DNA of 64,000 bases. Source: an uncultured delta proteobacterium (GTDB lineage Bacteria; Desulfobacterota; Desulfobacteria; Desulfobacterales; UBA2156). The notes beneath the pieces are model-generated. The model ran no database searches and had not been told where the DNA came from. It worked only from the letters and a program-made list of their open reading frames with translations. This document shows positions 21,082-31,230 of this stretch, in pieces. Position 1 is the stretch's first letter, and every line of letters starts with the position of its first letter. Location: assembly GCA_963736855.1 (NCBI GenBank), contig CAVTQK010000015.1:320001-384000 (forward strand), read 5' to 3'. The position numbers and the translations under genes are program-made.

Positions 21082-22374
21082 ATGATCAAACGATCCTTTC
21101 TGGGGCTTTTGAAGCCGAAATTTGAAGTGCAGCGGATTCCTCTGGCGCCGGCTGAAATTCAGGAGATTCCGATTCCGAAGCAAGTCACACTCATGTTGAA
21201 AAAGCCGAAGGATCCGATACACGCAGCCGACACGGTGGCCCTTGCCAAAGGGGATCCGATCCATACCGGCCAAAAAATCAGCCTTTCTTCGGACAGCAGC
21301 ATCTATGTGATCTCATCGGTCACCGGAACGGTCAGCGATGTGTCGCCTTTCGCCGGGGATTTCGGAACCACCTACATCGCCATCTCCATCGATGTTACAA
21401 AAGAGGATGTTTTTGACGAGGCTTTTACTGACCGAGCCAAAAGCCCCGACCTGGCTTTTTCCAAAGAATACCTCCAAGCCTTGCCGGGAAGCCCGCCCTT
21501 TTCGGCTTTTTTCGATAAAGAAAAGCCGATACAAATCCTTTGCATCACAGGAATCGATGCGGATATTCTTTCTATGACCCGGCGGTACGTCCTGCTTCAT
21601 CAAATAAGCGAACTCAGAAAGGGGATCCAGGCGCTCAAAGGGATCACACAGGCCGATCGGATCGTCCTTGCTGTCCCTCAGAACACAGACTCGGAAATCG
21701 GCGACCTGGGCGCGGATGTCCGGGTGGTTGACGCCGGATACCCCGATACGCTCCCCCCACTGTTGGCACGGAAGCTTTTCGGGCAGACGGTGCCGGCTGA
21801 AAAGACCTGCGAAGACCTTGGAATCACATTTTTCAGCGCCGAAGCCGTGGCCGCTCTGGGAGGTGTTTTGGAGAGCGGGAGATGTCCGGTTAATAAAGTC
21901 CTGACCGTCACCGGAAAAGACGAAAGGCCAATCATGGTCTCGGCGCGGATCGGAACTCCGGTCAAAGAGATTTTCAGCGCGCTGGGAATTACCACGGGCA
22001 ACCTCGATCGTATCGTCTTTGGCGGTCCAATGACCGGGTCGGCCATCTATTCCGAGGACCAGCCGATCCTGCCCGACACCGACGCAATTCTGCTTCAGGA
22101 CAGGACCCGGATTCCTCCCGTCTCCCATTATCCTTGCATCAACTGCGGCGAGTGTATACGCATCTGTCCTGCTAAGATACCCGTCAATATGCTTGTGCGT
22201 TACCTCGAAGTCGGACGATACGACGAGGCTGCGGACCTGTATGATTTGCATTGCTGCATCGAGTGCGGCCTGTGCAGCTATGTCTGTGTTTCAAGGATGC
22301 CGATCTTCCAGTATATCCGCCTGGGGAAGCATGAACTGAAGCGGATGCATGCAGTGGGGGTCAATCATGCCTGA
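21082..22374 (+). CDS. rnfC: RnfC-like subunit (divergent)
   Basis: SSVTGTV, GGPMTG (SLBB), CINCGECIRICP and CIECGLCSYVC; operon context. Confidence 0.88.
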   Translation: MIKRSFLGLLKPKFEVQRIPLAPAEIQEIPIPKQVTLMLKKPKDPIHAADTVALAKGDPIHTGQKISLSSDSSIYVISSVTGTVSDVSPFAGDFGTTYIAISIDVTKEDVFDEAFTDRAKSPDLAFSKEYLQALPGSPPFSAFFDKEKPIQILCITGIDADILSMTRRYVLLHQISELRKGIQALKGITQADRIVLAVPQNTDSEIGDLGADVRVVDAGYPDTLPPLLARKLFGQTVPAEKTCEDLGITFFSAEAVAALGGVLESGRCPVNKVLTVTGKDERPIMVSARIGTPVKEIFSALGITTGNLDRIVFGGPMTGSAIYSEDQPILPDTDAILLQDRTRIPPVSHYPCINCGECIRICPAKIPVNMLVRYLEVGRYDEAADLYDLHCCIECGLCSYVCVSRMPIFQYIRLGKHELKRMHAVGVNHA

Positions 22375-23327
22375 TCAGAAAAAATTCATCGTTTCCCACG
22401 CCCCGTTCTGGCACGACGGAAGCAACATAACCACCCGGAGCTATCACACTATGATCGCTGCCCTGCCCGCGGCGATCTTTGGAGTGGTCCGTTACGGCAT
22501 TCCGGCCATCGGGGTCATCTCCCTGGCGGTTTCATCAGCAATCATCTGGGAATACCTGATAAACCGAATCACTTGCAGGCCGGTCACCATCGGAGACGGG
22601 AACGCGGCGCTCATCGGCCTCCTTCTGGCCATGCTGCTCCCAGCCACATCCCCCTGGTGGTTGGTTGTCATTGGAACGTTTGTGGCCATAGTCGTCGGCA
22701 AACAGATTTATGGGGGCATCGGGGGAAATCCGTTCAATCCCACGCTGGTGGCTATTGCCATTCTCTTATTGTCCTGGAAAGACCTTTTGGACTTCGATGA
22801 AGCCCTCCTGAATTATGAATTCAATTTTACCATGACTTACCCCCTTGCCGACCTTAAAGCATTTCGGCACTTCGGCTGTGGAGGGTTTCACCACGGGCCA
22901 GCTCTTGCTGGGAAATCAAATCGGAGGCATCGGCTCCACCTTCGGTCTAGGCCTGATCGCGGGGGGGATTTATCTGATCTTGCGAGGGTTTATTCGCTGG
23001 GAAATTTCCGCTTCTTTTCTGGCAGGAATCCTGGTCACCTCCCTGATTTTCAACCTTGTAAACGGAGCCCGTTACGCTGGCCCGGCCCTTCACCTTTTCT
23101 CCGGCTATACCCTGATCGGAGCGTTTTTCCTGGCCACGGAAGACTCTTCATCCCCGGTGAACTTTCTTCCGATGTTGCTCTTCGGGGCCGGAGGCGGAAT
23201 TCTGACTGTGCTTATTCGAAACATCGGCGTCCATATCGATGGTGTGATGTTCGCCCTGCTCATCATGAACATCGCCAATCCGCTTCTGGATAAAATCAGA
23301 CCCAAGGCACTTGGAAAGGTGAGCTGA
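22367..23327 (+). CDS. rnfD: RnfD subunit, frameshifted near 22858
   Basis: GKQIYGGIGGNPFNP in the first ORF; GAFFLATE..SSP, FALLIMN in the second. Confidence 0.9.
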
Positions 23328-23328
23328 C

Positions 23329-23922
23329 ATGCGCGAGATGATCAAAATGGTGGTTGTGCTGACCGTCCTGTGTGCGTTTTCCGGCGGTCTTCTCGCCGCA
23401 CTTCGCGACGGAACCAAAGAACGGATCGAAATCCAGCAACTGGAATTCGTCAAGGGACCGGCCATTCGCAAAATCCTCGAAGGGGCCTCCAACGACCCGA
23501 TCAAGGACCGGTTTAAAATAAAGGCCGGGGAAACCGAAAGGACCTTCTTCGTCGGCATGTTCGACGGAAAACCCGCTACCGTGGCCTATGAAGCATCCGG
23601 AAAGGGGTTCGGAGGGGAAATCGGAATGATGGTCGGCGTAAACCTTGAGGATGACAAGATTGTGGGGGTAGGGGTCACCACTCACAGCGAAACCCCCGGG
23701 ATCGGGGCCAGGGCCCAGACCGACCCAAAGTTCGCCAGCCAATTCAAAGGCCTGCTGCTTACCGAGGAATTGAAGATCAAAGGAGACGGCGGAAAGATCG
23801 ACGCCATCTCCGGGGCCACCGTCACCTCAAAAGGGGTGACTGCCGGCGTGAACGATGCCGGTAAGTTCTATAAAGAAATCAAACCTCAACTTGCCGAAAA
23901 AGTAAAATCCTTCCAAAAGTAG
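23329..23922 (+). CDS. rnfG: RnfG subunit
   Basis: GFGGEI, HSETPGIG, DAISGATVTS covalent-FMN motif. Confidence 0.93.
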   Translation: MREMIKMVVVLTVLCAFSGGLLAALRDGTKERIEIQQLEFVKGPAIRKILEGASNDPIKDRFKIKAGETERTFFVGMFDGKPATVAYEASGKGFGGEIGMMVGVNLEDDKIVGVGVTTHSETPGIGARAQTDPKFASQFKGLLLTEELKIKGDGGKIDAISGATVTSKGVTAGVNDAGKFYKEIKPQLAEKVKSFQK

Positions 23923-23932
23923 GGAGTCATTC

Positions 23933-24526
23933 ATGGCAAAAACACTAACTCAGGAGTTCACCAAGGGCCTTTGGGCCGAGATTCCTCCGTTTCGGCTTGT
24001 GCTCGGATTGTGTCCGACACTGGCCGTGACGAAAACCGTGGAAAACGCCATCGGAATGGGGATTGCCGTCATCTTCGTACTGACCGGCTCCAATATACTG
24101 GTTGCAGCCCTCCGTAAAATTATCCCGAATAAGGTAAGAATCGCCTGTTTTATTATCGTTATTGCCACCTTTGTCATCGTCGTCGAGCTCCTGATGCAGG
24201 CATATACTTATTCTCTTTTCTTGAAGCTCGGCATTTTTATTCCACTCATTGTTGTTAACTGCATTCCTCTCGGAAGGGCCGAGGCCTTTGCCTATAAAAA
24301 TGGTATTGCCGCATCTACGGCGGACGGACTCGGACTCGGTATAGGATATGCCCTCTCGCTTACCGTCCTGTCCGCGGTACGGGAAGTTTTCGGTAACGGC
24401 ACCTTTTTGGGAACGACGGTTTTCGGCTCGTCTTTTCAGCCGTTCAAATTCATGGTGGAAGCCCCGGGGGCATTTGTCTGTCTCGGATTGATGCTTTGCA
24501 TTATGAACGCCATGGGAAAGAAATAG
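23933..24526 (+). CDS. rnfE: RnfE subunit
   Basis: LGLCPTLAV, IPLIVVNC, GRAEAFA, PGAF. Confidence 0.95.
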   Translation: MAKTLTQEFTKGLWAEIPPFRLVLGLCPTLAVTKTVENAIGMGIAVIFVLTGSNILVAALRKIIPNKVRIACFIIVIATFVIVVELLMQAYTYSLFLKLGIFIPLIVVNCIPLGRAEAFAYKNGIAASTADGLGLGIGYALSLTVLSAVREVFGNGTFLGTTVFGSSFQPFKFMVEAPGAFVCLGLMLCIMNAMGKK

Positions 24527-24536
24527 GAGAAGGTTC

Positions 24537-25112
24537 ATGGGCGATTACATCCAGATGATCATTGGTTTTATTCTGGTCAACAACATTCTGCTCATGCAGT
24601 ACCTGGGAAACTGCCCGTTTCTCGGGACATCCAAACGGATGGAAACGGCCGTAGGAATGGCGATGGCGGTGGTTTTTGTTCTGGTCATGGCGGGCGCCAT
24701 CACCTGGGCCACCGAAATGTATCTGCTTAAGCCACTGGGCCTTGAATATCTGCGGACCATGTCCTTTATCGTGGTGATCGCGTCGCTGGTCCAGTTTGTG
24801 GAGATGTTTTTGAAAAAGAGCGTCCCGGCACTCTACACGGGACTTGGAATCTATTTGCCTCTGATTACGACCAACTGTGCGGTATTGGGCGTTTGCCTGA
24901 TCAACATCAAAGAAGAATACAATTTTATGCAGACCATCGTTTCCTCGTTTGGTTACAGTTCCGGCTTCGGATTTGCCCTGATCCTCTTTGCGGGTGTCCG
25001 GGAACGCATACTTCTGGGCCGGGTTCCGAAGGCCCTTCAGGATACTTCAATCGGATTGATCACGGCTGGAATGCTCTCTCTGGCGTTCTTCGGTTTCAAG
25101 GGGATGATATAG
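24537..25112 (+). CDS. rnfA: RnfA subunit
   Basis: NNILL, LGNCPFLG, LPLITTNCAVLG. Confidence 0.95.
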   Translation: MGDYIQMIIGFILVNNILLMQYLGNCPFLGTSKRMETAVGMAMAVVFVLVMAGAITWATEMYLLKPLGLEYLRTMSFIVVIASLVQFVEMFLKKSVPALYTGLGIYLPLITTNCAVLGVCLINIKEEYNFMQTIVSSFGYSSGFGFALILFAGVRERILLGRVPKALQDTSIGLITAGMLSLAFFGFKGMI

Positions 25113-25121
25113 GAGGAAGGT

Positions 25122-27188
25122 ATGACTGAAGCGCTTGCCTTTATGCTGGGCCTCGGTGTGATCTGTGGATCCATCCTGAGTATTGCCTCAAAAATATTCT
25201 ATGTCTATGAAGATCCGAGAAAGGCGGAAGTCGAGGGGTTTTTAGCCGGAGCGAACTGTGGAGGATGTGGCTTTGCAGGGTGTGCCGCCGCCGCCGAAGC
25301 GGTCATAACCGGAGAGGCGCCCTCCAGTGTCTGTATCGTGGGGGGGCCGGAATCCGCAGCCAACGTGGCCCGGGTCATGGGCGTGGATGCCGGAACCGCC
25401 GAACCCAAGCTCTCTTCCAGTAAATGCGATGGCGGAAACCGTGCGGAAGATAGTTATTTTTACGTGGGAGTCGACTCCTGCCAGGCCGTATCCGCCTTTT
25501 TCGGAGGGAAGAGGAAATGCGACGTCGGATGTCTTGGATATGGAGACTGTGTACGGGCCTGTCTTTTTCACGCAATCAAAATCGGCCCGGAAGGGTTTCC
25601 CGTCATCGACGAAAGAAAATGCGTGGGCTGCGGAGCGTGCGAGCGTGCCTGTCCCAAACAGGTCCTTTCCGTAACCACGATCAGAGATCGGTTGTTGCAC
25701 TTCAACCGGGAGGACGATTGCCTGGCCCCCTGTCAGCAGACCTGCCCGGCCCAGATCGACATTCCTCTCTACATTGCCCAGATCAAAAATGGGGATTACG
25801 AAGGGGCGGTAAGGACGATTCGGGATCGAAACCCGTTGCTTCTTTCCTGCGGCAGGGTCTGTCCACATCCCTGTGAAAATTTTTGCCGTCGGGGAATCGA
25901 AGATGAAGCGGTCTCCATCAACCAGCTGAAACGCTTTGTGGCGGATCGGGAAATGAATTCCGGCAGCCGGATCTCCATCCCCTGTGCCCCGCCCACCGGC
26001 AAGAAAGTGGCGGTTATCGGCGGCGGTCCGGCCGGGTTGACCTGCGCTTATTTCTTGAAGAGGCTGGGTCACAACGTCAGCATTTACGAGGCCATGCCCA
26101 AGCCGGGGGGTATGATCCGTTACGGAATTCCCGAATACCGGCTCCCCAAAAAAGTTCTTGACTGGGAGATCGAAGGAATCCTCAATCTCGGAATCAGGGT
26201 CCATACCAATGTCAAACTGGGAATCGATTTTGATATCCCCTCTCTGGTCGCCGGAGACTATGACGCCATCTTCCTGGGCGTCGGCGCATGGAAAGACTAC
26301 TCGCTCAAGATTGAAGGTGAAGACCTCTCCGGGTGCCATACCGGAATCGATTTTCTGTCTCGTATCGCTTCCGGGGAATCTGTCCCCATTGGAAAGAGGG
26401 TGGCGGTGGTCGGCGGCGGCAACACGGCCATCGACTGTGTCCGCACCCTGATAAGACTCGGCGCCGAGGAGGTCTCCATCCTTTACCGACGGACACGAAA
26501 AGAGATGCCGGCCAATGTGGTGGAAATTGAAGCAGCGGAACACGAAGGGGTCAAATTCATCTTCCTTGCCGCGCCGGTCAGAGTTCTGGGGGATGATCAG
26601 GGAAGGGTTGCCCACCTGGAATACCTCAAGATGGAGCTTGGTGAACCGGATGCCAGTGGAAGGCGCCGGCCGGTCCCGATAAAAGGATCCGAAACTCTTC
26701 TTCCGATCGACATGGTAATTTCCGCCATCGGTCAAGAGCCCGATATGACCTTCAAGGGAGAAGGAAAACGAGCCCAATCGCTGAAAACCACACGATGGAA
26801 TACCATCGCGGTCAATCCTGAAACCTTGCAAACGAATATACCGTATATTTTTGCGGCAGGCGATGCTGCCACCGGACCTTCACTTGTCGTGGACGCCATC
26901 GGGGGGGGAAGACAGGCGGCAAGATCGATCCACCTCTATTTAAGCGGCAAAGCGGTCACCCCACCGGAGAAGTCACTTTTCAAACGCCACATTCCAGGCA
27001 CCCTTTTCGATTCCGTTCCCGGAATCCGCAAAATTCCGAGGGTGCCGATGCCCGAGTTGCCTGTCGGGGAACGGGTCTATTCCTTCGTTGAAGTGGATCA
27101 GGTCATCTCCGAACAAGACGCCAAAAAGGAATCCTCCCGTTGTCTGAATTGCGGTAGAATATGCTACGACAAGGATGTAGCGGCATAA
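25122..27188 (+). CDS. rnfB: RnfB fused to a GltD/NfnB-like Fe-S flavoprotein
   Basis: GANCGGCGFAGC, CDVGCLGYGDC, CVGCGAC, then APCQQTCP, GRVCPHPCE..C, GGGPAG, RYGIPEYRLP, GGGNTAID, YRRT. Confidence 0.92.
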   Translation: MTEALAFMLGLGVICGSILSIASKIFYVYEDPRKAEVEGFLAGANCGGCGFAGCAAAAEAVITGEAPSSVCIVGGPESAANVARVMGVDAGTAEPKLSSSKCDGGNRAEDSYFYVGVDSCQAVSAFFGGKRKCDVGCLGYGDCVRACLFHAIKIGPEGFPVIDERKCVGCGACERACPKQVLSVTTIRDRLLHFNREDDCLAPCQQTCPAQIDIPLYIAQIKNGDYEGAVRTIRDRNPLLLSCGRVCPHPCENFCRRGIEDEAVSINQLKRFVADREMNSGSRISIPCAPPTGKKVAVIGGGPAGLTCAYFLKRLGHNVSIYEAMPKPGGMIRYGIPEYRLPKKVLDWEIEGILNLGIRVHTNVKLGIDFDIPSLVAGDYDAIFLGVGAWKDYSLKIEGEDLSGCHTGIDFLSRIASGESVPIGKRVAVVGGGNTAIDCVRTLIRLGAEEVSILYRRTRKEMPANVVEIEAAEHEGVKFIFLAAPVRVLGDDQGRVAHLEYLKMELGEPDASGRRRPVPIKGSETLLPIDMVISAIGQEPDMTFKGEGKRAQSLKTTRWNTIAVNPETLQTNIPYIFAAGDAATGPSLVVDAIGGGRQAARSIHLYLSGKAVTPPEKSLFKRHIPGTLFDSVPGIRKIPRVPMPELPVGERVYSFVEVDQVISEQDAKKESSRCLNCGRICYDKDVAA

Positions 27189-27499
27189 AAAAGCTGGATA
27201 TCATTGATGTGGAACGTCTTCTCGGACGAGTGACCGAAGATCCGCAGAGCATACACGAGGAGGTCAAAGAGGTCTTTTCGATCCTGGCGGATACCACCCT
27301 CGATTTCAGGGACCGGAAACTGAAGGAGTTTGGAATTACCGTCACGGTGGAAGATGTTCGGATCGCTTTAAATTGGCTTTTAGCTTATTTTCGTTCCGGC
27401 CAAATTCCACAAACCGATCACCAGATCAGGCATGACCTTTTCGAGACATGGATAACCCATCTCAAAGCGGCTGAAAAAAGCACCTCCACCGACAGTTAA
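27161..27499 (+). CDS. Hypothetical protein
   Basis: Fills the gap after rnfB with protein-like composition; start uncertain (possibly GTG ~27209). Confidence 0.55.
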   Translation: MLRQGCSGIKKLDIIDVERLLGRVTEDPQSIHEEVKEVFSILADTTLDFRDRKLKEFGITVTVEDVRIALNWLLAYFRSGQIPQTDHQIRHDLFETWITHLKAAEKSTSTDS

Positions 27500-27500
27500 A

Positions 27501-28493
27501 CTACCCTTTACGATCCCGCGTGTTTTTATCCTGCAGCATGGATTCCCTTAAGGAGCCGATCAGTTCCTGCATGTCTTTGGGGATGGGGGCTTCGAATTGA
27601 ATGGGTTCAAGGGTCGTTGGGTGGATGACCCGAAGCCGCCAGGAATGGAGCATCTGACGCTTGACGGCATGAAGAACGTTGGCCTTAAGGGGGATTTGTT
27701 TTGCCCGTTTACTTCGCTTGCCGTATAGCGTATCTCCCGCCACCGGATGCCCTAACATCGCGCAGTGCACCCGGATTTGGTGTGTCCTCCCGGTTTTCAA
27801 TTCGATTTCCAGGAGCGTCGCGCCGGAAAAGCGTTCCCGGATGCGCCATTCGGTCTGCGCGACCCTCCCCTTCGGGCTCACTGTGGACATGCGCTTGCGA
27901 TCCCTGGGGTGCCGGCCGATGGGAAGCGAGATGCTTCCTTCATCCGATTCGATGGCACCGCAGACGACGGCCAGATAACATTTGATCACCTGTCGGGACT
28001 TGAACTGGCGGACCAGATGTTGGTGCGCATCCGAAGTCCGGGCCACCAAAAGCAGCCCTGAGGTATCCTTATCGAGCCGGTGAACGATCCCAGGGCGGGC
28101 CGGATCTCCCACTTTTTGGATTTCAGGATAACGGAACAAGAGTGCGTTGACCAGTGTTCCTGTTAGATGTCCCGGGGCCGGATGGACGACAAGCCCCTGG
28201 GGCTTGTTCAACACGATGAGCGTTTTGTCTTCATAGACGACATCGAGATCTCGAGGTTCCGGCAAAAGGGATTGTTGGGGCAAAGCGAGGATTATCCCGC
28301 TGATACGATCTCCTTTTTTGATCCGATATGCGGGTCGTCGCATGGCTCCATCCACACGGATCTGGCCTGAAAGGATCAGACGCTGTGCCTGGGTCCGGGT
28401 GACGCCGGGGATTTGTGTGGCAACATATGCGTCAAGACGGACCGCTTTTGCTTCTTCGGCAACGGTAATGCTGAAAGAAGTTACGCCCGTCAT
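27501..28493 (-). CDS. rluD: RluD-like 23S rRNA pseudouridine synthase
   Basis: S4 domain RLD, NKPQGLVVHPAPG, RPGIVHRLDKDTSG, TGRTHQIRVH. Confidence 0.9.
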   Translation of the reverse strand: MTGVTSFSITVAEEAKAVRLDAYVATQIPGVTRTQAQRLILSGQIRVDGAMRRPAYRIKKGDRISGIILALPQQSLLPEPRDLDVVYEDKTLIVLNKPQGLVVHPAPGHLTGTLVNALLFRYPEIQKVGDPARPGIVHRLDKDTSGLLLVARTSDAHQHLVRQFKSRQVIKCYLAVVCGAIESDEGSISLPIGRHPRDRKRMSTVSPKGRVAQTEWRIRERFSGATLLEIELKTGRTHQIRVHCAMLGHPVAGDTLYGKRSKRAKQIPLKANVLHAVKRQMLHSWRLRVIHPTTLEPIQFEAPIPKDMQELIGSLRESMLQDKNTRDRKG

Positions 28494-28512
28494 GGCGACT
28501 TACAAGAAAAAA

Positions 28513-29061
28513 TTACTGGGGTGAGAACAAGGATTCGATTTCGGAGAGGATCGTTTTTTCATCCGTATTTTTTGCGGTCGACAGCTCTTTTACCAGAAGA
28601 CCTTGGGCAGTATCGTAGAGTTTGCGTTCGCCGAAGGAAAGATCCTTTTCGAGCTTTAAAAGATAAAGATCCCTGAAGACTTTGGCCACATCATAAAGTG
28701 ATCCGGTCTTGATCTTTTCCATGTATTCTCTGTATCTGCGGTTCCAGGTCTGATTTTCCAGCGAGGCGTCCCGCTCTTCCTGCATGACTTGGTAGACTTT
28801 TGGAATATCATTTTCACTGATGACATCCCTCAATCCTACCGATTGTACATTTCGGGTCGGAATCATGATCACCATGCCGTTTTCGAGGACTTTCATAATG
28901 AAAAAATCCTGTCTTTCTCCATTGATCACGCGGTTTTCAATGGCGTCGATCCGACCCACACCATGGGCGGGATAAACCGCCAGATCTCCAACCTGAAAAC
29001 AATCGACTCTTGGATTGCCGATGAACGTGTCGACTCTTACCTCACCTTTGCTTTTGCCCAT
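28513..29061 (-). CDS. carD: CarD-family transcriptional regulator
   Basis: FQVGDLAVYPAHGVG, WNRRYRE, LSFGERK; start uncertain. Confidence 0.93.
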   Translation of the reverse strand: MGKSKGEVRVDTFIGNPRVDCFQVGDLAVYPAHGVGRIDAIENRVINGERQDFFIMKVLENGMVIMIPTRNVQSVGLRDVISENDIPKVYQVMQEERDASLENQTWNRRYREYMEKIKTGSLYDVAKVFRDLYLLKLEKDLSFGERKLYDTAQGLLVKELSTAKNTDEKTILSEIESLFSPQ

Positions 29062-29137
29062 ACCATCTCCGCTTGATCTGTTGAAAATACGCCGTTATTG
29101 ATCTGTTTACCACAGCTTCCCACCGGGATCAAGCGAT

Positions 29138-29175
29138 AAAAAAGGATTGGCGCAACTTTGCGCCAATCCTTTTTT
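29138..29175. terminator. Rho-independent terminator after hppA
   Basis: AAAAAAGGATTGGCGCAA-ct-TTGCGCCAATCCTTTTTT perfect inverted repeat. Confidence 0.9.
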
Positions 29176-29198
29176 GAAGGTTTAAAGAAGATGCCGGC

Positions 29199-31211
29199 TT
29201 AAAGTAGGAACGGCACCATCAGCAAGGCCACGACGTTGAGGATCTTGATCATCGGGTTCACAGCGGGACCGGCGGTGTCCTTGTACGGATCGCCTACGGT
29301 GTCGCCGGTGACGGCCGCCTTGTGGGCATCGCTTCCCTTACCGCCCAGATGACCGTCCTCGATGTATTTTTTCGCATTGTCCCAGGCCGCACCGCCCGTG
29401 GTCATGGATATGGCCACAAACAGCCCGGTCACGATGCTACCGATCAGAAGACCTCCCAATGCCACCTTGCCCAACAGGAAGCCCACCACCAACGGAGCCG
29501 CGACGGGAAGAAGAGCGGGAATCATCATCTCTTTGAGGGCAAACTTAGTGACGATATCCACGCATGTCCCGTAGTCGGGTTTGGCTGTGCCTTCCATGAT
29601 CCCAGGAATTTCCCGGAACTGTCGCCGAACCTCTTCGACGACCGCGCCGCCGGCTTTTCCTACCGCTTTCATGGCGATGGAGGCAAACAGGTAAGGCAAT
29701 AATCCGCCGATGAAGAGACCGATGATGACGTTCACATCTCCGAGATCGAACCGGATGGCACCGCCCTTGCCTCCTTTGACGGTGAACTCATAGACATAGC
29801 AGGCAAAAAGAACCAGCGCCGCCAACCCTGCCGAACCGATGGCGTACCCCTTCGTGACGGCTTTGGTGGTGTTTCCGACCGCATCCAAAGGATCGGTGAC
29901 GGCCCGGACACTCTCGTCCATGTTGGCCATTTCCGCGATACCCCCGGCATTGTCGGTGATCGGGCCGTAAGCATCGATGGCAATGACCATGCCGGTCATG
30001 GACAGCATGGCCATGGCCGCAGTGGCAATTCCATAGATTCCGGCAAAATGGAATGCCGTATAGATACCGACGCAGATCGCCAAAACGGGCAGGGCAGGGG
30101 ATTGCATGCTTAGGGCCAAGCCTGCAATGATATTGGTGGCATGCCCGGTGGTGGATGCCTCGGCAACCGCTTTAACCGGGGCATATTTGCCGGTATAGAA
30201 TTCCGTGATGATCACGATGATCACGGTGAGCAGAATACCGACCATGGATGAATAGAAAATGGCCATGGGTGTGATGTTTTCAAGCCCGACCATGAGTTTT
30301 CTGGACGCAAAATAAAACCCGATGATAGCTATAATGGCGGAGCCGAACATCCCTTTATACAGGGCGCCCATGATGTATTGGCTTGCACCGAGACGGACGA
30401 AAAAGACCCCGATGACCGAGGCGATGATGGAAATGGCACCGAGCACCAAGGGAAATTCAGTGGCAATGGCAATCTTGGGGAACATGAGGTGGCCCATCAG
30501 CATGGCAGCCACAGCCGTGACGGCATAGGTTTCGAACAGGTCCGCGGCCATGCCTGCACAATCCCCAACGTTGTCTCCCACGTTGTCGGCGATAACCGCC
30601 GGGTTTCTGGGGTCATCCTCGGGAATCCCGGCCTCGACTTTCCCCACCAGGTCCGCGCCCACATCCGCGCCCTTGGTGAAGATACCGCCGCCTAATCGCG
30701 CGAAAATGGAAATGAGGCTTCCGCCGAAGCCCAATGCCACCAGCGCGACGACATCACGGGTAAAGTGGTAATAACCAGAGACGGCGGTCAGGGCAAGGCC
30801 CGCCACGATCATGCCGGTGACTGATCCTCCTTTGAAAGCCAGGGACAATCCGGCAGCGAGCCCTTTCTTGGCGGCTTCAGCAACCCGCACGTTGGCAATG
30901 ACGGAAACCCGCATCCCGATGTATCCGGCCGCATAGGATGCGACGGCCCCAATTAAAAATCCGACGGCCGTTTTGGCGCCCATGAATACCAAAATGATGG
31001 CGAAAATGACGATACCGGCAATCGCCACGCTTTTCAGCTGCCGGTTCAGATAGGCGATGGCGCCTTCTTTAATTGCGGCAGAGATCTCCTGCATCCGCGC
31101 GTCTCCGGCAGGTGATCCTTTGACGATACTGGCGACGATCATCGCATAAGCCACACCCACAAGACCCACAAACGCGCAAACCAACGGTATGTTCTTGACT
31201 ACATAATCCAT
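29199..31211 (-). CDS. hppA: Membrane-bound pyrophosphatase (K+-independent H+-PPase type)
   Basis: [35 protein letters not shown]. Confidence 0.95.
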   Translation of the reverse strand: MDYVVKNIPLVCAFVGLVGVAYAMIVASIVKGSPAGDARMQEISAAIKEGAIAYLNRQLKSVAIAGIVIFAIILVFMGAKTAVGFLIGAVASYAAGYIGMRVSVIANVRVAEAAKKGLAAGLSLAFKGGSVTGMIVAGLALTAVSGYYHFTRDVVALVALGFGGSLISIFARLGGGIFTKGADVGADLVGKVEAGIPEDDPRNPAVIADNVGDNVGDCAGMAADLFETYAVTAVAAMLMGHLMFPKIAIATEFPLVLGAISIIASVIGVFFVRLGASQYIMGALYKGMFGSAIIAIIGFYFASRKLMVGLENITPMAIFYSSMVGILLTVIIVIITEFYTGKYAPVKAVAEASTTGHATNIIAGLALSMQSPALPVLAICVGIYTAFHFAGIYGIATAAMAMLSMTGMVIAIDAYGPITDNAGGIAEMANMDESVRAVTDPLDAVGNTTKAVTKGYAIGSAGLAALVLFACYVYEFTVKGGKGGAIRFDLGDVNVIIGLFIGGLLPYLFASIAMKAVGKAGGAVVEEVRRQFREIPGIMEGTAKPDYGTCVDIVTKFALKEMMIPALLPVAAPLVVGFLLGKVALGGLLIGSIVTGLFVAISMTTGGAAWDNAKKYIEDGHLGGKGSDAHKAAVTGDTVGDPYKDTAGPAVNPMIKILNVVALLMVPFLL

Positions 31212-31230
31212 TCTTCCCTCCGTTTTTCCG

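Noticed and set aside
21313..22251. 312-aa antisense ORF
   Set aside because: Shadow of rnfC.
25242..26831. 529-aa antisense ORF
   Set aside because: Shadow of rnfB with no recognisable motifs.
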